42,530 nucleotides of DNA, from the NCBI GenBank assembly GCA_002770955.1, contig PCUH01000117.1, positions 1,657 to 44,186 on the forward strand, given 5' to 3'. Positions 35,965 to 42,530 of this stretch are shown in pieces; position 1 is the first letter of the stretch; each line of letters opens with the position of its first letter. The notes under the pieces are model-generated. The model was not told the DNA's origin and did no database searches. It saw nothing but the letters and a program-made list of their open reading frames with translations. The translations under genes were made by a program, and so were the position numbers. The stretch comes from Flavobacteriales bacterium CG18_big_fil_WC_8_21_14_2_50_32_9. Lineage in GTDB: Bacteria > Bacteroidota > Bacteroidia > Flavobacteriales_E > Vicingaceae.

Positions 35965-36597
35965 TTAAAAATTTAGTGCATTCATTAATTGAGCAACAAA
36001 ATTCATAAAAGCTCCAGGAACAAAAATAAGTGTAAATAAAAAGCCAAAAACTGCTCCCCAAGTATGAGCATCATGAGCCACATTATCGTTGCTTCTTTTA
36101 TCCATATAAATTTCATAGGCTAAATAAAGAACTCCAAACAACAAAGGATTAATAGTAAAAGGAAGAAAGATAATACCTATTCCACCTGTAAAAGGCATGA
36201 ATGCAATAGCGGCAAACAACACTGCTGAAACAGCTCCAGAGGCTCCAACAGCATTATAGGAATAATTATCTTTGTGCCTAACCAAGGAAGGCAATGAAGC
36301 TACTGCTATTCCTCCAATATAAATAAACAAATAATAAGCAATGCCTAAAGCACCTAATTCATTGATTAAAATGGATTCTACTATATTTCCAAAGCTATAC
36401 AGTACATACATATTAAAAATCAGGTGAAAAATATTATGTTTATCATGTATAAAAGCATGCGTGAACAAGCGATACCATTCTTTGTTATGGATTACTTGAT
36501 AGGGATTAAACAATAATTTTTGATAAAGTTCAGGCTTGTTATTTGCTGTAAAAGAAATAATTGCGGTAATAATTATAATTAAAATAGTTATGCTCAT
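35965..36597 (-). CDS. Rhomboid-family intramembrane serine protease
   Basis: WYRLFTHAFIHD..HLIFNM, the catalytic GASGAV, and a downstream AHDAH..G. Confidence 0.8.
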   Translation of the reverse strand: MSITILIIIITAIISFTANNKPELYQKLLFNPYQVIHNKEWYRLFTHAFIHDKHNIFHLIFNMYVLYSFGNIVESILINELGALGIAYYLFIYIGGIAVASLPSLVRHKDNYSYNAVGASGAVSAVLFAAIAFMPFTGGIGIIFLPFTINPLLFGVLYLAYEIYMDKRSNDNVAHDAHTWGAVFGFLFTLIFVPGAFMNFVAQLMNALNF

Positions 36598-36642
36598 GTA
36601 ATATATTTTCTGATTGGTGTAACTTGTAATTTGTTTACAAGT

Positions 36643-37089
36643 TTATTCGCAAAGACAATCAAGTTTAATTCCTTCAAATGAAATATTTACAATTGTTGCA
36701 ATGTCTTCTTTTTCTTCTGCGGTAGATAATCGTCTTGGTTCGCATGTTTCTATTAAAAGAGTAATCATTCTTCCATCAGCTAATTTTCCTTCTATTTGGT
36801 ATTCAGGACAAGGTTCTCTTGTTGTGGAACTTTCTGAAAAATTTACTTTAGCACGTTGAAAAAAAGTTTTATCTAAATCTGAAATAGTTATATTGTTACA
36901 TTCAAGCACGCAAGCTATATGTTTATTTATAATTTTAAGCTCTGTATCTTCAATAAATTCTAATACCCTTCCTTCGGGAAGCCATGAGGAGCGAGCATCA
37001 TCGCCAGAATAGAAGATTGCCCAAACCATTACACAGCCAAGTCCAAAACCTATGAGGTAAAATTTTAATCTATTTATAAACTTGTCCAT
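36643..37089 (-). CDS. Hypothetical membrane-anchored protein
   Basis: N-terminal TM (FYLIGFGLGCVMVWAIF), then a Cys-containing globular domain. No confident family. Confidence 0.5.
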   Translation of the reverse strand: MDKFINRLKFYLIGFGLGCVMVWAIFYSGDDARSSWLPEGRVLEFIEDTELKIINKHIACVLECNNITISDLDKTFFQRAKVNFSESSTTREPCPEYQIEGKLADGRMITLLIETCEPRRLSTAEEKEDIATIVNISFEGIKLDCLCE

Positions 37090-37117
37090 GTTTTTTTAAT
37101 TGAAATAACACATTTTT

Positions 37118-37160
37118 CTCCCGTAATCCCGATAGTTCCTATAGCTATCGGAATCGGGAC
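37118..37160 (-). terminator. GC-rich hairpin element (REP-like) downstream of the AlaDH-family gene
   Basis: ctcccgtaatcccgatagttcctatagctatcggaatcgggac. The tcccgat/atcggga (37127-37133 / 37153-37159) and ccgatag/ctatcgg stems form a GC-rich island in an AT-rich spacer. Confidence 0.5.
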
Positions 37161-37198
37161 ACTGATTATTGCAGAATTTTCAACCTCTAAATCTCTAC

Positions 37199-38413
37199 CT
37201 ACATTGCCATTAACAACAAGTTAATGTCTTTGTAAGGCAAGTTAAAAGTCTCTGCTAAGTATTTATTGGTTAGTATTCCTTTATAGATATATACGCCATT
37301 TTGAATTCCCACATACGATTTAATCATAGATTCAATTCCACCAAATTCACCTGTATCTATAATTGTTGGTGCTATAACATTGCTCAGAGCATAAGAAGCC
37401 GTTCTTGCAACTCTAGATGCTATGTTTGGAACACAATAATGAATTACTCCATGTTTTGTGAAAACAGGTGCTTGGTGACTTGTTAATTCAGAAGTTTCTA
37501 CACATCCTCCTTTATCTATACTAACATCTACAATAACTGAAAGGTTTTTCATTTTTTCTACCATTTCTTCGGTAACAATAATTGGTGCTCTGCCAATCTT
37601 GCTACTTATTGCTCCAATAACCACATCGGCAGATTTCAATGATTTCATCAATACTTTTGGTTGGAGTATTGATGTTTGTAAGCGTTGTCCGATAACATCC
37701 TGAACTCTTCTCAATTTATGAATGTTGTTATCGAAAATTTTTACAGATGCACCTAACCCAATAGCTGCACGGGCAGCATATTCGCCTACGGTTCCTGCTC
37801 CTAAAATAACTACTTCTGTGGGTGATATACCTGAAATCCCTCCAAACATTTGCCCTTGTCCTTTTCGTTCGCTATTTAAATATTCTGCAGCAATTAAAAT
37901 AGCTGTATTTCCTGCAATTTCACTCATAGCAGTTACAATGGGTAAAACACCATCGGAATCTTTTATAAAATCAAAAGCTATGGCAGTTATTTTTTTTGAA
38001 ATTAACTTTTTTATGAAATCTTTCGGTTGAATAGGTAGTTGCAAAGCAGATATAAGCAATTGACCGTGTTGCATCATGTCTAGTTCATCTATTGTTGGAG
38101 GCTCAACTTTTAGTATCATTGTTGCCTTATATACCTCTTCAGTTCCATAAACAATTTGAGCTCCTGCTTCACTATAATCTCTATCACTAAAACTACAACC
38201 TTCTCCAGCTCCTGTTTCAATGATTACTTCATGTCCATTATTAACTAATAAAGCAACAGCATCAGGAACCAACGTAATTCGTTTTTCTTGCATAGAAGTC
38301 TCTTTGGGTATTCCTATTTGCAAATTACTTTTCTTTCTAGCTATTTCAAGTGTTTCTTCTTGAGGCATAAAGCCATGAGCTAAGGATTTGAGTAAGTCAT
38401 CTGATGTGGGCAT
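37199..38413 (-). CDS. Alanine dehydrogenase / PNT-family NAD(H)-dependent dehydrogenase
   Basis: IGIPKETSMQEKRITLVPDAV..., the Rossmann motif VVILGAGTVGEYAA, and the AlaDH/PNT N- and C-domains. Confidence 0.75.
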   Translation of the reverse strand: MPTSDDLLKSLAHGFMPQEETLEIARKKSNLQIGIPKETSMQEKRITLVPDAVALLVNNGHEVIIETGAGEGCSFSDRDYSEAGAQIVYGTEEVYKATMILKVEPPTIDELDMMQHGQLLISALQLPIQPKDFIKKLISKKITAIAFDFIKDSDGVLPIVTAMSEIAGNTAILIAAEYLNSERKGQGQMFGGISGISPTEVVILGAGTVGEYAARAAIGLGASVKIFDNNIHKLRRVQDVIGQRLQTSILQPKVLMKSLKSADVVIGAISSKIGRAPIIVTEEMVEKMKNLSVIVDVSIDKGGCVETSELTSHQAPVFTKHGVIHYCVPNIASRVARTASYALSNVIAPTIIDTGEFGGIESMIKSYVGIQNGVYIYKGILTNKYLAETFNLPYKDINLLLMAM

Positions 38414-38475
38414 ATCTTTTGATATTAAATGAGTTTGGAAAAACTATTAATTGCTACAAATTTATAAAATACAAT

Positions 38476-38910
38476 TTACTCTTCTATGGTTATTTTGCGT
38501 TTATTATTTCTAAGTGATTTTATTTTGATTTTTAAACAGTTATTTGGCAACAAACCAACTATCTTTTCTGGCCATTCAATGAAACAAAGATTTCCACTAT
38601 ATAAATAATCTTCTAATCCAATATCATAGGCTTCTAGTTCGTTTTCTATTCTATAAAAATCGAAATGATATATTTTTTTATTGTCATGTGTTAGGTATTC
38701 ATTAACAATCGAAAATGTAGGACTTTGAATGGTGTCCACCACTTTTAATTGGTGGCACAATTGTTTAATTAGCGTTGTTTTACCTACTCCCATTTCTGCA
38801 TAAAACGCAATGACTTTATGTTTTCCTATTGCTTCTAGTAATTGCTGAGCTATTTCAGGAAGTTCTTCTAATGTAAAAGCATTAAGTTTAATTTCAGAAA
38901 CTTGTTTCAT
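38476..38910 (-). CDS. tsaE: tRNA t6A37 biosynthesis ATPase TsaE
   Basis: FYAEMGVGKTTLIKQL P-loop, SPTFSIVNEY, HFDFYR, and ~140 aa size. Confidence 0.85.
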   Translation of the reverse strand: MKQVSEIKLNAFTLEELPEIAQQLLEAIGKHKVIAFYAEMGVGKTTLIKQLCHQLKVVDTIQSPTFSIVNEYLTHDNKKIYHFDFYRIENELEAYDIGLEDYLYSGNLCFIEWPEKIVGLLPNNCLKIKIKSLRNNKRKITIEE

Positions 38911-38929
38911 ATTTAACTATATAATTTTT

Positions 38930-40264
38930 TTATTTTTCCAAAATTAAGACATTATTCAACTCAAAATATCTTTTTAAATCTACATTCAAAAAGTGTGTGG
39001 AATCGGTTGTTATTTCTGCTGAAGGCAGATAACCTGATGCTGGTAATGGCTGCAAATAAACAGGGTTTTGATGCTTGATGGTTGTTTTAATTTTTTCTAA
39101 TTTTTCCATACGATTATCGTAAGCAGTTGCATAATTTTTATGAATTTGAAATGTAGCCACAACAAACACCATCACCCCTATTGTGTTTGTTGCTAAAATA
39201 ACTTTTTTAAGCCTTTCTGAAATATGAATTTTACTTCCTAATAATACTAAATACCTGATTAGCAATATTACTATTAGAACTGAAGAAACTGTGGTTATTC
39301 TTTCTGGCGATAAAGCACCTAAAGGAATTACTGCAATTAAATGATTAATAAAAACAACAATGCCAATTATTATGCATGCATATAAGAGTTCTTTTATAGG
39401 TTGGAAATTATTTTTATTGGTTTTGATAATGGTTGAGAATAAAAAAGGTATTCCTAAAAATAGAGCTGGTAAAAATGTTTTATGAAATTGAAAAAATAAG
39501 GTTTTTACAGTTGCATAACCTGTGTAAAGAATAATATTTTGCCAACTAAGGTCGGGTGTTATGTTATCTCTTAATTTAGTTCCTTCACTAAAATAAATTA
39601 TCAAAAAGCCAATTGATAATAATGTAATTGCAATTATAAATGGCAATGAAGCTCTAAAGGTTGGCTTTTCTTTCAATACAATACCAATTAAAAACAGAAC
39701 AACAATAATTGTCATAGTTTCATTAGAGCCTCCTATTAAAATTGATGAAACTATGAGTAACAAATAATCCCAACTGTTTTTTTCTTTCTTAAAAAACACA
39801 CTTAGTAATAATAATAGTGCGATGGTACTATAAAAATAAACAACAGAACCTGTAAACCAAAACCAGCTATCATTCGGTGAAAGCGTGCAAAAAAATAAAA
39901 TAGACATTAAAATTAGTGCATAAAAAAACAAATTTTTGGTTTCTACCGAAAAGTAATGAACTGCATTTTTTAACAATCTAAAAATGGCTAACAACAACAA
40001 TCCAAACGAAACTAAATTATAGCTTAATAAAAAGTAAGAATAATGATTCAGAGGAATTAAATATGCTAGTAAAAAATTAGAAGAAAATCTTCCGTGCCAA
40101 CCAAATTGAAGGTTATGGAAAATATCAAAAGAATTTTTGGTTTTAATTTCTGAAAGAAAATAAAAATCATCAGCCGCAAAACGGTTAAAATAAGCTATTG
40201 AGACAAAAAAGAATAGCCAAAAAAGTGTTTGAATATAGAAATAAGGACGTAAGGAGAATGTCAT
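38930..40264 (-). CDS. Large polytopic membrane protein (uncharacterised, GT-C-like topology?)
   Basis: 444 aa with at least 10 hydrophobic segments. It has an early RFAADDFYF motif reminiscent of membrane glycosyl/arabinosyl-transferase-like families. No confident assignment. Confidence 0.5.
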   Translation of the reverse strand: MTFSLRPYFYIQTLFWLFFFVSIAYFNRFAADDFYFLSEIKTKNSFDIFHNLQFGWHGRFSSNFLLAYLIPLNHYSYFLLSYNLVSFGLLLLAIFRLLKNAVHYFSVETKNLFFYALILMSILFFCTLSPNDSWFWFTGSVVYFYSTIALLLLLSVFFKKEKNSWDYLLLIVSSILIGGSNETMTIIVVLFLIGIVLKEKPTFRASLPFIIAITLLSIGFLIIYFSEGTKLRDNITPDLSWQNIILYTGYATVKTLFFQFHKTFLPALFLGIPFLFSTIIKTNKNNFQPIKELLYACIIIGIVVFINHLIAVIPLGALSPERITTVSSVLIVILLIRYLVLLGSKIHISERLKKVILATNTIGVMVFVVATFQIHKNYATAYDNRMEKLEKIKTTIKHQNPVYLQPLPASGYLPSAEITTDSTHFLNVDLKRYFELNNVLILEK

Positions 40265-40314
40265 AAAATATGTATCATAATTAGAGTTTGTCCATAATGT
40301 TCGATATCTTCCCC

Positions 40315-40359
40315 GAAAAACAGCCTGTCCCGACTTTTCGGGAGGGCAGGCTGTTTTTC
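40315..40359 (-). terminator. Compound hairpin terminator downstream of miaA
   Basis: gaaaaacagcctg (40315-40327) pairs with caggctgtttttc (40347-40359), a 13-bp perfect stem that encloses tcccga-cttt-tcggga (40328-40343). It begins 20 nt after the miaA stop. Confidence 0.65.
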
Positions 40360-40378
40360 TCGACTTTAAAGATAGGCA

Positions 40379-41290
40379 TTAATTAGTTATTAGGTTCGTT
40401 TCTATAAATTCAACCATAGCATTATGTTGATTGGGATGAAACCATTTATAATCTTCCGAACGCTCAAACCAAGCAATTTGCCTTTTTGCATACCTGCGGG
40501 TATTCACTTTAATTTTTTCTACAGCTATCTCTAAGGTTGTTTTGTGTTCCATGTAATCAAACAGTTCTTTGTAGCCAACCGTATTCAGCGCATTTTTTTC
40601 TTTAAAGGAAATAACACTTTCAACTTCAGCCAACAAACCCATTTCCATCATTATTTCAACACGCTTATTGATACGTTCATTCAGTTCTTCCTTCGGACGA
40701 TTAAGTGCAATTTTAATTATTCTAAAATTTCTTGATTGCTTCACCCCTTTTCTTAGTTTGGAATAAGGTTGTTTCGCTAGCATACAAACTTCAATTGCTC
40801 TGATAACTCGTTTGACATTATATAGGTCGATTTCATTATAAAAATCAGGATCGAGTTGTTTCAATTTTTCTTGCAACAAACCAATGCCATATTTTTGGTG
40901 TATTTGGTTTAATTCTGCTCTTATTTCTGCATTTCCTTCAGGTAAATCTGCATCAAAACCATTACATATCGCATCGAGATACAACCCAGAACCTCCTGTT
41001 AAAATAACAATAGGATGTGTTTGAAATAAATTATCTAAAAGCGGTATAACTTCTTGCTCATAATCATTTACATTAAAATCTTGATGAATGGAATGTGAAT
41101 CAACAAAATGATGTTTCACTCCTTGCATTTCTTCAACTGAAGGTTTTGCTGTTCCAATGCTCAACTCTTTGTAAAATTGCCTAGAATCGGCTGAAATAAT
41201 TTCTGTATTAAAGTGCTGAGCAAGTTGAACGGATAAAGAAGTTTTTCCTACTGCTGTTGGTCCTGCTATTACAAGTAAGGTTGCTTGCAT
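40379..41290 (-). CDS. miaA: tRNA dimethylallyltransferase
   Basis: LLVIAGPTAVGKTSLS P-loop, ISADSRQFYKELSIGTAKP, and YAKRQIAWF. Confidence 0.92.
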   Translation of the reverse strand: MQATLLVIAGPTAVGKTSLSVQLAQHFNTEIISADSRQFYKELSIGTAKPSVEEMQGVKHHFVDSHSIHQDFNVNDYEQEVIPLLDNLFQTHPIVILTGGSGLYLDAICNGFDADLPEGNAEIRAELNQIHQKYGIGLLQEKLKQLDPDFYNEIDLYNVKRVIRAIEVCMLAKQPYSKLRKGVKQSRNFRIIKIALNRPKEELNERINKRVEIMMEMGLLAEVESVISFKEKNALNTVGYKELFDYMEHKTTLEIAVEKIKVNTRRYAKRQIAWFERSEDYKWFHPNQHNAMVEFIETNLITN

Positions 41291-41841
41291 TATTGATAAT
41301 CATCAAAATCATCAAATCCATCAAAAATATCATCTTTATAAAGTTCTTCATCTTCAAAATCATCATCTAACTCTTCTATAAGGAGTATTTCATTCATTAT
41401 ATCTTCATCGGAAAGCACATTGTTTTTAGAGTTTTGTTTTGGAGCTTTGCCTTCGCTGTGAACTAATTTTGGAAAATCGCCTTTCTTTTCTTTTACCGAA
41501 ATTTCGAGTAATTCAATAAAGAAATTCCACATATTTAAAAAATCGTAAGTATATAACAAATGGCAACCTACACAGTTAATTCCTTCTTTTATAGTGGTTT
41601 GATTCATTATTAGCTTCTCTTCATCGCCTTCAGAAATCCCCATATCAAACAAAGAGATTTCTTGTCCTTTGTTCCAATCAAAATCGCTTAAATAAAAAGA
41701 TGCCATTTGAGAATTATCAAAACCAAATGAAGTTAGAATACAATTATGAAAATCTTCAAAATTTTGATGGCTGTTTATTTCGATGTCACGAAAAACATTT
41801 TTTTCTCCTTCTATTAATACTCTAAATTTGTATGTACTCAT
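41290..41841 (-). CDS. pRiA4b ORF-3-like (IS1096 TnpR-passenger-like) domain protein with acidic tail
   Basis: YKFRVLIEGEKNVFRDIEINSHQNFEDFHNCILTSFGFDNSQMASFY matches that family's N-terminal pattern. The C-terminus is DDDFEDEELYKDDIFDGFDDFDDYQ. Its stop overlaps the miaA start (TAATG). Confidence 0.55.
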   Translation of the reverse strand: MSTYKFRVLIEGEKNVFRDIEINSHQNFEDFHNCILTSFGFDNSQMASFYLSDFDWNKGQEISLFDMGISEGDEEKLIMNQTTIKEGINCVGCHLLYTYDFLNMWNFFIELLEISVKEKKGDFPKLVHSEGKAPKQNSKNNVLSDEDIMNEILLIEELDDDFEDEELYKDDIFDGFDDFDDYQ

Positions 41842-41848
41842 TTTTTTT

Positions 41849-41940
41849 AGTTTGGTGTTAGTTAGTAGTTAGGTGTTAGTAGTTAGGTATTAGTAGTTTA
41901 AGAGTCGTTAACTTACCCCTAACTACTAACTACTAACACC
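41849..41940. repeat. Tandem ~14-nt AGTAGTTAGGTnTT repeats plus inverted copy (hairpin)
   Basis: agtagttaggtgtt / agtagttaggtatt / agtagtttaag lie in tandem. ggtgttagtagttag (41872-41886) pairs with ctaactactaacacc (41926-41940), and ttagtagtt (41890-41898) pairs with aactactaa (41921-41929). Confidence 0.6.
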
Positions 41941-41946
41941 TTATTA

Positions 41947-42530
41947 CTAATCCCTTATTTTCAATTTAACTTCTTTTCCTTTCTTTAGCATAAATTGATA
42001 AGCTGCTTCATACGAGTTTTCAATATCGCCTTCTAAAATTGCTTCTCTAATTGCATCTTTAATAATTCCTATTTCTCGGCAAGGTTTTAAGTTAAAGGTT
42101 TTCATAATTAGCTCACCTGAAATTGGAGGTTGCCAGTTTCTGAGTTGGTCTTTTTCTTCTACTTCTTTTAGTTTTTGTTTAACCATTTCAAAGTTAGCCA
42201 AATATTTTTTAACTTTTTCAGGATTTTTGGAAGTAATATCTGCACTACAAAGCGTCATTAAATCATCAATATCTTCTCCTGCTTCAAAAAGTAGCCGCCT
42301 AACCGCACTATCACTCACGGTTTCCTTAACTAAAGCTATTGGTCTAAGATGAAGAAGCACTAATTTCTGCACATATTTCATTTTGTTGTCCAAAGGAAGT
42401 TTTAGATTTTTGAATATTGCTGGAACCATTCTTGCTCCTTTGTCTTCATGTCCATGAAAAGTCCAACCAGCATCTTTGTCAAACCGTTTTGTTGCTGGTT
42501 TTGCTATGTCGTGCAAAATTGCAGCCCAAC
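41947..42530 (-). CDS. HD-domain tRNA nucleotidyltransferase (CCA-adding enzyme family), C-terminal part; 5' end outside window
   Basis: The frame is open to the window edge (..[35 protein letters not shown]), so the TTG at 42516 is not the start. This is the HD motif plus the C-terminal helical domain of Bacteroidota CCA enzymes. Confidence 0.8.
   Translation of the reverse strand, partial: WAAILHDIAKPATKRFDKDAGWTFHGHEDKGARMVPAIFKNLKLPLDNKMKYVQKLVLLHLRPIALVKETVSDSAVRRLLFEAGEDIDDLMTLCSADITSKNPEKVKKYLANFEMVKQKLKEVEEKDQLRNWQPPISGELIMKTFNLKPCREIGIIKDAIREAILEGDIENSYEAAYQFMLKKGKEVKLKIRD

Overview
Low-GC Bacteroidota (Flavobacteriia-like) chromosomal segment. This assignment rests on a T9SS C-terminal sorting domain, TAnnTTTG-type -7 promoter boxes and frequent TTG starts. 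Most of the window is housekeeping: dapF, two glycosyltransferases, SRP RNA, hemD, a fused hemA-hemC, typA, fmt, tsaE, miaA and a CCA-enzyme fragment. Four regions stand out. (1) 4.8-11.1 kb holds a tightly packed six-gene membrane module: SpoIIM-like, a membrane protein, DUF4129-like, DUF4350-like, MoxR AAA+ and DUF58. As far as I know its function has not been tested experimentally. (2) 12.8-15.7 kb holds a small type II restriction-modification cassette that looks like it is decaying. The endonuclease has an in-frame TAA at codon 30. The C5-methyltransferase has no canonical start before motif I and carries a deviant motif VIII. A 22-nt imperfect direct repeat flanks the cassette. (3) 15.7-21.9 kb holds an arsenic/thiol-redox island: ArsR, thioredoxin-like protein, rhodanese, ArsP-like permease, CbpA/CbpM, DinB, CxxC lipoprotein, CcdA/ArsG-like protein and ArsM. 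It carries three copies of a 20-bp operator that embeds the -7 promoter box, and a degraded Cys-rich gene lies just downstream. (4) 25.2-25.6 kb holds an SRP RNA followed by a 166-bp element bounded by 15-bp terminal inverted repeats and a duplicated hairpin. I found no CRISPR array, tRNA, rRNA, transposase or integrase. All family names come from motif recognition by eye, not from database searches.
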